Source: an uncultured Candidatus Saccharibacteria bacterium
Lineage (GTDB): Bacteria; Patescibacteriota; Minisyncoccia; Phycocordibacterales; PALSA-1337
NCBI GenBank assembly: GCA_964416985.1
Contig: CAYQFS010000003.1
Coordinates: 18,594-82,593, forward strand
DNA: 64,000 bases
Direction: 5' to 3'
The first letter of the stretch is position 1, and each line of letters starts with the position of its first letter. Of the stretch, positions 19,739-27,695 are shown piece after piece. The notes under the pieces are model-generated. The model was not told the origin of the DNA and did not search any database. It worked only from the letters and a program-made list of their open reading frames with translations. The translations under genes and the position numbers were made by a program.

Positions 19739-20092
19739 ATGGCTAAATCATTAGCGTTGGTTATCGGTATTGTTTTCCTTCTCGTTGGAGCAGCGGGTCT
19801 TTTTCCAAACACTATCGTAGGAGAAAATGCATTGTTTGTGACAGATTTTACTCATAACCTTATCCACTTGGTTGTCGGTCTCATCTTCGTCCTTGTTGCT
19901 GAAAAGGCAACTGCAAAATCAAGCGCAACATTGAAAACTCTCGGTATTATCGTCATCATCGTTGCTGCTCTTGGGTTCTTCTACGGAACAAGCATCTTTG
20001 GATTTATTTCTACAAATGCTGCTTCAAACTGGTTCCACCTTGTGATCGGCCTCATCGCTCTCATCGCAGGATTTTCTGGAAAGAAGTCGTAA
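19739..20092 (+). CDS. Four-TM membrane protein (DUF4383-like)
   Basis: GIVFLLVG..HNLIHL..NWFHLVIG pattern. Confidence 0.7.
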   Translation: MAKSLALVIGIVFLLVGAAGLFPNTIVGENALFVTDFTHNLIHLVVGLIFVLVAEKATAKSSATLKTLGIIVIIVAALGFFYGTSIFGFISTNAASNWFHLVIGLIALIAGFSGKKS

Positions 20093-20111
20093 TTAATCTT
20101 TACTCAAGTAA

Positions 20112-20144
20112 AACAAAAAAGTGCCTTGCTGGCGCTTTTTTGTT
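20112..20144. terminator. Bidirectional intrinsic terminator
   Basis: AACAAAAAAGTGCC-TTGCT-GGCGCTTTTTTGTT between the convergent DUF4383 gene and tRNA-Val. Confidence 0.7.
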
Positions 20145-20161
20145 GATAAGATATTTTTCTG

Positions 20162-20234
20162 TGCGCCCTAAGAGACTTGAACTCCTGACCTTCCCCGTGT
20201 AAAGGGGCTGCTCTACCAACTGAGCTAAGGGCGC
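20162..20234 (-). tRNA. tRNA-Val(TAC)
   Basis: GCGCCCT acceptor, loop TTTACAC, GAGTTCAAGTCTC. Confidence 0.92.
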
Positions 20235-20258
20235 ATATGTATGCTAGACTAACGTAAA

Positions 20259-21032
20259 ATGGATAAATTATCAAGAAAAATAAGCAAAAATATTGAGATT
20301 CTCTACGAAGATCCTGATATTGTGGCGGTCAACAAGCCGGCTGGTCTTGTCGTGCACTCTGATGGAAGAACCGATGAACCCGCGCTCACCGACTGGGTTA
20401 TCGAACACTATCCAAGGACAAAGAATGTTGGTGAAGCTCTCACAGACAAAGAAGGGAATGCAATTCCTCGACCAGGAATTGTTCATCGTCTTGATCGGGG
20501 AACTTCCGGAGTGATTCTCGTTGCAAAAACAAAAAAGGGTCATACACATCTCAAAGAGCAATTTCAAAATAGAACTCTTTCAAAAAAATATATTGCATTT
20601 GTTCATGGTGATATGAAAGACACGTATGGAATTATCAATCGCCCCATCGGAAAAAGTCCGAGCGATTTCCGAAGATTTTCTGCAACTCGAGGGGCGAAGG
20701 GGGAGATGCGGGAAGCCGAGACGTGGTGGACGATGTTTGCCTTTAAGTCCGGTTTCTCACTTGTCGAAGCCGAGCCAAAGACAGGTAGGACGCACCAGAT
20801 TCGAGTGCACTTTAAAGCCATCAATCATCCTGTTGTTTCCGATCCTCTCTATGGTGCGGGGAAGCCTCAGGCACTCGGTTTTGCACGAACTGCCCTCCAT
20901 GCAGCATCTATCACCTTTATCAATTGTAAGGGTAAGGAGGTGACCGTCAAAGCTCCGCTCCCAAAAGACTTTCTCGACGCGTTTGAGGAGCTTGGCATTG
21001 CTGATATTGCTAAAAAGAAGGGCTTGTGTTAG
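20259..21032 (+). CDS. RluA/RluD family pseudouridine synthase
   Basis: [32 protein letters not shown]. Confidence 0.95.
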   Translation: MDKLSRKISKNIEILYEDPDIVAVNKPAGLVVHSDGRTDEPALTDWVIEHYPRTKNVGEALTDKEGNAIPRPGIVHRLDRGTSGVILVAKTKKGHTHLKEQFQNRTLSKKYIAFVHGDMKDTYGIINRPIGKSPSDFRRFSATRGAKGEMREAETWWTMFAFKSGFSLVEAEPKTGRTHQIRVHFKAINHPVVSDPLYGAGKPQALGFARTALHAASITFINCKGKEVTVKAPLPKDFLDAFEELGIADIAKKKGLC

Positions 21033-21046
21033 ATTTATCCCCACGT

Positions 21047-21478
21047 ATGGCAACAAACAAGGGTATTATTTCAACAGTAGATACAGCTGATCGAAAGGCA
21101 ATGAGTCTTCGTTCTGGCGACAATGTCCGCGTATGGCAAAAGGTTAAGGAAAAGGACAAGACACGACTCCAGGCTTTTGAAGGTCTCGTCCTCTCTCGAA
21201 AGCACGGCACAGAAGCTGGTGCCACTTTTACTGTGCGAAAAGTAATGGATGGTGTTGGTGTTGAAAAGATTTTCCCTCTCTACTCTCCAATGATCGACAA
21301 GATCGAGGTTCTCCGACGATCAAAGGTTCGACGAGCAAAGCTCTACTTCGTTCGTGAGAAGGCCACAAAGGAAATTCGACGCCAGATGCGCCGAATGCTT
21401 GCTCTCGACCCTGGACAGAATACTGATACAAAGATTGCAGCTCCTGCAGAAGCGAAGAAAGAAGAAGTCGCGGCGTAA
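21047..21478 (+). CDS. rplS: 50S ribosomal protein L19
   Basis: [32 protein letters not shown]. Confidence 0.96.
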   Translation: MATNKGIISTVDTADRKAMSLRSGDNVRVWQKVKEKDKTRLQAFEGLVLSRKHGTEAGATFTVRKVMDGVGVEKIFPLYSPMIDKIEVLRRSKVRRAKLYFVREKATKEIRRQMRRMLALDPGQNTDTKIAAPAEAKKEEVAA

Positions 21479-21524
21479 TTTTGAGTTGAAAATAAAGGAT
21501 ATTTTAGGTATAGTTCCTTCTAAT

Positions 21525-21608
21525 GCGCAGATGGCGAAACTGGTAGACGCACTACCTTGAGGTGGTAGCGCCCTCACGGGCTTGGAGGTTCGAGTCCTCT
21601 TCTGCGCA
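21525..21608 (+). tRNA. tRNA-Leu(GAG)
   Basis: GCGCAGA acceptor, CTACC-TTGAGGT-GGTAG, long variable arm, GGTTCGAGTCC. Confidence 0.93.
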
Positions 21609-21618
21609 CATTTTGAAG

Positions 21619-22695
21619 ATGAACATTAAAAAAGATCATCATGTTAGATTACTCCTTCTCTGTTGTTTTGTTTTTGTAGTGTTTGTTGGTATTGATTGGG
21701 CGATTGTTTTAATTAAATATAAGAGCGAGCCGAAGAATCCTCCTATTTTAGGTTATGTCCCTCAATTCGTTCTCCTCTCCTTTGATGGCTCAAAGGCTGT
21801 TTCGATGTGGAAGGAGACAAGAAGTTTTGAAAGGGAAATGAACAAGGACAAAAAGATTCTCAACTTCACCTATTTCATAAACGCCGCCTACTTCATTACC
21901 CCAGACAAAGCCAACCTCTACCAAGCACCAGGTCATCCTCGAGGTGAGAGTAATATTGGTTTTTCTGAAGATCTCGATAATCTCCGCGCTCGGATCGAGC
22001 AGGTGAATGTCGCTGTTGCTGACGGAGACGAAATTGCATCTCACACCGCCGGGCATTTTTGGGGAGGTACATGGTCAAAAGAGGACTGGCAAAAGGAGTT
22101 TGTTTCGTTTGATGATCTCCTCTTTGGTATAGCTCGTCATTATCCAGATACTACTCTACCAACCCTTCATCTCGACCCAAAAGATATCATTGGCTTCCGA
22201 GCGCCAGCTCTTTCGATAAATTCGTCACTTTATTCTGTTCTTGGCGAGCGTCATTTTCTCTATGATTCAAGTGAAATCTCTCAAGGTAAAAATGATATCT
22301 GGCCAACTAAGGACGAGAAGGGTATTTGGCATATTCCTCTTGGTATCGTTTTTCTCGATCGTGGTGCGAGTCCTGTCGTAGCTATGGATTACAGTATTCG
22401 TGAACATGTGCATTCTCTCAGCGCCACTGATTTTAGGAAGGGAACTCCCGAATGGAAAGCGACCTATGACGATGTCCTTGGTTCCTATCTCCGCTACTTT
22501 GAAAATAATTATAAAGGCACCCGTGCCCCGGTTCTCATTGGCCACCATTTTGAAGCATGGGACGACGATCTCTATTTTGAAGTCATGAAGGCGTTTGCGC
22601 GAGAAGTCTGCAGTAAGCCGGAGGTGCGATGCGGAACATTTCGAGATCTTGTCTTGTATATGAATGAATATGGGGTGCCGCTCGTCAAGAAGTAG
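21619..22695 (+). CDS. Membrane-anchored polysaccharide deacetylase-like (CE4-like) protein
   Basis: N-terminal TM; LSFDG, EIASHTAGH, GFRAP, YDSS, RAPVLIGHH. Confidence 0.8.
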   Translation: MNIKKDHHVRLLLLCCFVFVVFVGIDWAIVLIKYKSEPKNPPILGYVPQFVLLSFDGSKAVSMWKETRSFEREMNKDKKILNFTYFINAAYFITPDKANLYQAPGHPRGESNIGFSEDLDNLRARIEQVNVAVADGDEIASHTAGHFWGGTWSKEDWQKEFVSFDDLLFGIARHYPDTTLPTLHLDPKDIIGFRAPALSINSSLYSVLGERHFLYDSSEISQGKNDIWPTKDEKGIWHIPLGIVFLDRGASPVVAMDYSIREHVHSLSATDFRKGTPEWKATYDDVLGSYLRYFENNYKGTRAPVLIGHHFEAWDDDLYFEVMKAFAREVCSKPEVRCGTFRDLVLYMNEYGVPLVKK

Positions 22696-22738
22696 AAGTT
22701 GTGCTATAAATTGAAGGTTCTCGTGTGTGTTTGCATAT

Positions 22739-22810
22739 GGTGGCTATGGTGTAATGGTAACACTGGAGCTTGTGGAGCTCTCAACTCGGGTCCGATTCCC
22801 GATAGTCACC
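22739..22810 (+). tRNA. tRNA-His(GTG)
   Basis: Encoded G-1 pairing with C73, GGAGC-TTGTGGA-GCTCT anticodon arm; T loop reads TCCGATT. Confidence 0.88.
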
Positions 22811-22884
22811 CATTTAGAGATTTTCCTTAAATATGAAGCAGGTCAATGACTTTTCGGTTCCAATTTGATATAATTTTCCTATAT

Positions 22885-23178
22885 ATGCAATTTAAAGGAG
22901 ATTTTAATATAAACAGAAAGACAATTCCTCGCCTTGTTGCCGTTTTTCTTTTCATAATTAGTTTAGCTGTTGCCAGAATAAATTTCGCTTATACTGGAAT
23001 AGGTATAGCACTATCAATAATTATTCTTGTATTCCAACAGCGTTTTTTAAATACAAAAGCGAGTGAGGAACCAGTAGTTGTCTATACGGGGCGTCAGAAA
23101 ATATTTGCTATTGTTGGTTTCTGTATTATAGCAGCACTTTTTGTATTTATGGGAGTTACGGCAGTAATGGAAAAATAG
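22885..23178 (+). CDS. Hypothetical three-TM protein, AT-rich
   Basis: ORF with hydrophobic helices just 3' of tRNA-His. Confidence 0.55.
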   Translation: MQFKGDFNINRKTIPRLVAVFLFIISLAVARINFAYTGIGIALSIIILVFQQRFLNTKASEEPVVVYTGRQKIFAIVGFCIIAALFVFMGVTAVMEK

Positions 23179-23393
23179 GGATATAAATTGTTGGATCGTC
23201 TAATTTTTCAAACACAGTTCTAACACCCTCTGCGACGGCACCCCACGTTTGACATATGAATTGAATTATGGTATTAATTACCTAGATCATTTTTGTTACA
23301 TCAGCAGCAGTCTGTTCGGAAAATTTCTAAATAGATTGTTGCTGATACGGTAACTTGGTAGGAAATCTACCGAAATCCTGATACGGGAGAAAA

Positions 23394-23783
23394 ATGAAAA
23401 AGATAACTCGGTTAAACTGCACATTAACAACACTCAAAGCAATCAATGTTTGCAATCAGATGGTTAAGTTGACTCTGGGTACTGACTTTGAATTGCATGA
23501 TGCTAAGTTTCGTTTTGAATCATTTAGCCCACAAGAGGGAGGCGGGATAATGATAAAAACTGAGGCCACACTAAGCATCCATAGTCTCAAACGCCCAGAG
23601 TTTGATTTAGGAGGAGCTCGTAAAATGGAAGTCTCATTTGCCTTCATTACGTGTTCATACGGATGGAGGATTGATCGAACTGTCCCTTTACTGGCTGTAA
23701 GTCTGGGAAAGGTGGCTCATTTTGATGTAAACAAGATCGATGAGTTGAATCTGTTGGAAGACAAGACCTTCGCACGCACGTAG
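23394..23783 (+). CDS. Hypothetical protein
   Basis: 129-aa ORF with GGAG before the ATG and an upstream TTGACA promoter. Confidence 0.55.
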   Translation: MKKITRLNCTLTTLKAINVCNQMVKLTLGTDFELHDAKFRFESFSPQEGGGIMIKTEATLSIHSLKRPEFDLGGARKMEVSFAFITCSYGWRIDRTVPLLAVSLGKVAHFDVNKIDELNLLEDKTFART

Positions 23784-23975
23784 TAATCGACGGCTCTTCC
23801 AAGGGTCTTCGATAGTTTTTTATTTTCAAACAACCGCAGAGTAACACCTGCGGTTTGTCTTTATACCAAACAAGTTCTAAATTTATCCACCACACGACCC
23901 CCATTTTGTTGTATACTTACCCCAGTAAGGCACGTAACCATTATCATCTAATTTAATTCAAAACAATGAATAACA

Positions 23976-24158
23976 ATGAATAATAATGAATCATCAAGCA
24001 TGGGAGTTGTCATTGGTATTTTGCTTGTAGTCGTCATCGCAATTGTGGCGTGGGTTGCATATACTCAGGGCTTTTTTAAGGTGAAAGAAGAGACAAAGGA
24101 CGACGCAAGCCTCCAAATAAATCTCGGAGGATCTTCAAGCGATACAGAGAAGAAATAA
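23976..24158 (+). CDS. Small single-TM protein
   Basis: 60 aa with one strong hydrophobic helix. Confidence 0.6.
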   Translation: MNNNESSSMGVVIGILLVVVIAIVAWVAYTQGFFKVKEETKDDASLQINLGGSSSDTEKK

Positions 24159-24206
24159 GCTTTAGTAGAAGGACATCGAGTATTATATTTAATCCCGAGT
24201 AAACAT

Positions 24207-24608
24207 ATGCGTGATCCAAATAATATTTTTCATTTAGCTATACCATGCGCAAATATTGATACCACTAAGGAATTTTACGTCGATAAGTTAGGTTGTAAAA
24301 TGGGCCGAAGGTATGACGATCGCATCACTCTTAATTTCTTCGGTGATCAGGTGGTTTGTCATCTACATCCAGATAAGGTAGACAAAGAACCCCAGATGTA
24401 TCCTCGTCATTTTGGAGTTACATTTAAAAATGAGGCTGAATACGATGCTCTTTTGAAGATGGCGACAGAGCAGAGACTGACATTCTATGAAAAACCATTC
24501 AACAGATTTCCAGGAAAAAAAGAAGAACATAAAACCTTTTTCCTGATAGATCCATCAAATAATCTTCTCGAGTTCAAGTACTATTTTTCCTCGGAAATGA
24601 TGTATTAG
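24207..24608 (+). CDS. VOC/glyoxalase family protein
   Basis: FHLAIP...FY...LGC, RHFGV, FFLIDPSNNLLEFK. Confidence 0.88.
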   Translation: MRDPNNIFHLAIPCANIDTTKEFYVDKLGCKMGRRYDDRITLNFFGDQVVCHLHPDKVDKEPQMYPRHFGVTFKNEAEYDALLKMATEQRLTFYEKPFNRFPGKKEEHKTFFLIDPSNNLLEFKYYFSSEMMY

Positions 24609-24668
24609 CTTTTCTTTCACCCCTCGAGGTATACTTAACTAGTCAATAAAATTTGAAACTAGTTATTT

Positions 24669-25790
24669 ATGGACTTCATTATCTCATCTCGAAACGCGAT
24701 CATGGGTGGCCTCTACAAAGGCCTCCTCAAGCCTTTTTTCTTTGCCCGAGACCCTGAAGAAGTGCATGACAGAATGATAAGAGTGGGGGAGGGACTAGGA
24801 AAACATTATCTAGGTAGGTCGTTTGTTTCTCTTCTTTTTAAATATAGCAATCCGGTTCTTGAACAAAAAATTCTTGGCATGACATTTAAAAATCCCGTAG
24901 GACTTTCTGCAGGATTCGACAAGAACGCCGAGCTCACGGAGATCATACCTTCGGTGGGATTTGGATTTGCGGAAGTGGGATCGGTCACAGGGAATCCTTG
25001 TGAAGGCAATCCAAAGCCACGTCTATGGAGGCTCCCACATTCAAAAAGCCTCATGGTCCACTATGGGCTCAAGAATGATGGTTGTATCGTCGTTTCAAAA
25101 AGACTCGAATATAAAAATCATGAAATTCCGATCGGTATAAGCGTGGCAATGACAAACTGTGTTGAGAATGCCGAAGTCGGAGTTGCAATACAGGACGTCG
25201 AAAAAGCATTCAGGATAATGGAGCCACTCGCTCAGTACATTACGGTGAATATTAGCTGCCCAAACACTCATGGTGGCCAGCCCTTTATGCTTCCCGAAAA
25301 TTTGGAAAAACTTTTTGTAGTTCTCGATACCATTAAGACAACGAAACCTGTTTTCATAAAGCTTTCTCCTGATGTTTCATTTTCTCAGATAGATGGAATT
25401 CTCGATGTCGCTCGGAGACACCGTATTCAGGGAATTATTTGCACAAATTTGACCAAGAAAAGGGATAATCCAAAAATTGCAGACGAAAATATCCCGACTG
25501 TCGGAGGAATGAGCGGCAAGCTTGTCGAGGATCTTTCTGACAAGTTGCTTTCATATATTTATACAAAAGAAGGAAAAAGGTTTGTGCTTGTCGGAAGTGG
25601 TGGAGTTTTTTCGGCCGAAGATGCCTACAAAAAGATAAAAGCGGGGGCTTCGCTTGTTCAGATGATTACTGGGATGATATTTGAAGGGCCGCAAGTTGTG
25701 GGGAAAATAAACAGGGGATTGGTGAGTCTCCTCGAGCGTGATGGTTTCAAAAACATAAGTGAGGCAGTGGGAACTGGTATAATGAAGTAA
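24669..25790 (+). CDS. pyrD: Dihydroorotate dehydrogenase, class 2 (quinone-type)
   Basis: NPVGLSAGFDKNAE, GNPKPRLWRL, VNISCPN, KLSPD, GGMSG, GASLVQ. Confidence 0.92.
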   Translation: MDFIISSRNAIMGGLYKGLLKPFFFARDPEEVHDRMIRVGEGLGKHYLGRSFVSLLFKYSNPVLEQKILGMTFKNPVGLSAGFDKNAELTEIIPSVGFGFAEVGSVTGNPCEGNPKPRLWRLPHSKSLMVHYGLKNDGCIVVSKRLEYKNHEIPIGISVAMTNCVENAEVGVAIQDVEKAFRIMEPLAQYITVNISCPNTHGGQPFMLPENLEKLFVVLDTIKTTKPVFIKLSPDVSFSQIDGILDVARRHRIQGIICTNLTKKRDNPKIADENIPTVGGMSGKLVEDLSDKLLSYIYTKEGKRFVLVGSGGVFSAEDAYKKIKAGASLVQMITGMIFEGPQVVGKINRGLVSLLERDGFKNISEAVGTGIMK

Positions 25791-26689
25791 TGAGAAAATC
25801 TTTTCTTGCGGCAATTTTCATTATTCTTGTTGTTTTTGTTTTTTCTTTGCATGAAATAAAGACTCGCTATGCAGTTGTCGAAGATGCAGGTCAAGTGGGC
25901 TCGGAGCCGATTTCCATATCTCCCTCAACCATTTACCCTGGTGATCCGATCATGATCACAGCAGGAGTTGGGAATCTTGTGCCTCGAAAAATAACGTTTG
26001 ATGGTAAAAAAGTCCCTCTCATTCTTTATGATACGAAAATACGAGGTTTTATTCCTATTGATTTTTATGAAAAAAATTCGAGCCACATAGTTGAAGTTAC
26101 TTTTTCAAATGGAACTCAGATGTCTAAAGCTATTGCTATTACTCATCGTCAAAAAATAGAGAAACCACTTGGAATTCCGGAAAAGCTTGGGGGGAATACC
26201 ACAGCTGCAGCACAAAGTATTGTGAGTAATCTTGAAAGAGAAAATGCAATTCTCAATAATATAAAAACAGCCCCCACTTCACTCTGGTCAGATGCATTCA
26301 GCTTTCCTCTCCCAACTATTTTTGTAACTGACGACTATGGCTATAATCGTACGACGGTGGGGGAGACGATCGTGCACAAAGGGACTGATTTTCGAGCAAG
26401 CGTGGGAACGCCAGTTGCCGCAATGAACAATGGTGTTGTCAGAATCTCGAGGATGTTTACTGTGTACGGGAATACGATTGTTGTGGATCATGGAAAAGGA
26501 ATTCAGACATTGTACATGCACCTTTCAAAAAGGAATGTCAAAGAAGGGGACATGGTCAAACGAGGAGAAATAATCGGACTAAGTGGCATGACAGGATATG
26601 CCGAGGGAGCCCATCTTCATGTAAGCATAAAGATCAATGGGATTTCCATTGATCCGATGACCTTTATGCATTTTTTTGTGTCACTGTGA
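25790..26689 (+). CDS. M23 family metallopeptidase
   Basis: HKGTDF, YGNTIVVDHG, YMHLS, GAHLH. Confidence 0.92.
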   Translation: MRKSFLAAIFIILVVFVFSLHEIKTRYAVVEDAGQVGSEPISISPSTIYPGDPIMITAGVGNLVPRKITFDGKKVPLILYDTKIRGFIPIDFYEKNSSHIVEVTFSNGTQMSKAIAITHRQKIEKPLGIPEKLGGNTTAAAQSIVSNLERENAILNNIKTAPTSLWSDAFSFPLPTIFVTDDYGYNRTTVGETIVHKGTDFRASVGTPVAAMNNGVVRISRMFTVYGNTIVVDHGKGIQTLYMHLSKRNVKEGDMVKRGEIIGLSGMTGYAEGAHLHVSIKINGISIDPMTFMHFFVSL

Positions 26690-26705
26690 TGACTACTAAT
26701 CTCGG

Positions 26706-27074
26706 TTAAGAAGCTGATTCGAGGAGTGTTAGCCATCCTCGACTGTTGAGGTACATCTGCAGCGCTTGACGGGTTTTTGTCCCATAGTAACCGATAGATG
26801 GATAGACTCCTGTTGCAAGCTGGAATCGACCAAGAGCAGCTTTGGTGAGTGGTCCAAAATATCCCAAAGGAACTCCTTGTGGTACCTGAAGGTATCCAAG
26901 TTCAGAGAGAAGTCCTTGTAGCTCTACAACATTGTATCCCGTCGAAGCAAGAGTCATGTCGGGACTTCCAAGAAGTGTAAACGGTGCTGCCTGTGCCGTG
27001 TTTGTATTGAACGCAAGGAATGAGACTCCAAGAAATACGGCAAGGCTCAAAACTAAATATTTTTTGTAGTTCAT
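26706..27074 (-). CDS. Secreted peptidoglycan-binding domain protein
   Basis: Signal peptide ending AQA; VVELQGLLSELGY...GYFGPLTKAALGRFQ. Confidence 0.8.
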   Translation of the reverse strand: MNYKKYLVLSLAVFLGVSFLAFNTNTAQAAPFTLLGSPDMTLASTGYNVVELQGLLSELGYLQVPQGVPLGYFGPLTKAALGRFQLATGVYPSIGYYGTKTRQALQMYLNSRGWLTLLESAS

Positions 27075-27152
27075 ATGCGTAAGGTTTAATTGGTAAACTG
27101 CGCCAGTGGGGAACTGCCCCACGTATTCTGTGACGTTTATCGAGCAGGTATA

Positions 27153-27680
27153 TTACAGCCCTTTGTCTCTGTAAAGTTTTTGTAACCGGGCCATTCCACG
27201 ATGGATATGGACAGCTATGACATTTTTCTTTTCGTGGGTTATTTTTGAAATTTCGCTAAGTGAAAGTCCTTTGAAGAATTTCATCACAAGTGTTGTACGG
27301 TACGGCTCTGGAACTTGTTTCAAAAGTTTCTGTGCTTCATGGGCGTCAATAGTATGTATCATCTCTTCGGTATCATTGAATCCAGGGTCAAATCCTTTTT
27401 CGTGAAGATCTTCGAGAGAATCGAGAGGCTTTCGTTTTCGGTATTCATCGATGACAAGGTTTGAAGTTATTTTGTAAAGAAGGGCACGCATGTTCTTGAC
27501 TGGTTTTACAGCCATGTACTGCCATGCCTTTATAAATGCTTCCTGGAGAATATCTGTCGAGAGCTCACGGTCATTGAGCTTGAAAAAGCTGAAGCGGAAG
27601 AGGGAATCAGCATATTTTTTGTATGCTTCATTGAATTTTTTGTGCCTCGAAGTTTCTTTTTCCATAGGCATCACTACCAT
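27153..27680 (-). CDS. ECF RNA polymerase sigma factor
   Basis: DILQEAFIKAW, LLYKITSNLVIDEYRKR, region 4 GLSLSEISKI; exact start uncertain. Confidence 0.88.
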   Translation of the reverse strand: MVVMPMEKETSRHKKFNEAYKKYADSLFRFSFFKLNDRELSTDILQEAFIKAWQYMAVKPVKNMRALLYKITSNLVIDEYRKRKPLDSLEDLHEKGFDPGFNDTEEMIHTIDAHEAQKLLKQVPEPYRTTLVMKFFKGLSLSEISKITHEKKNVIAVHIHRGMARLQKLYRDKGL

Positions 27681-27695
27681 GCTATCATATATCAT

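Noticed and set aside
21562-21618. ORF-track start inside tRNA-Leu, and the 6005-6307 ORF across tRNA-Lys
   Set aside because: Both overlap clear tRNAs; ATG 21619 is the plausible start
23962-23991. AACAATGAAT-like 10-mer repeats at the start of a small ORF
   Set aside because: Low-complexity, AT-rich and imperfect
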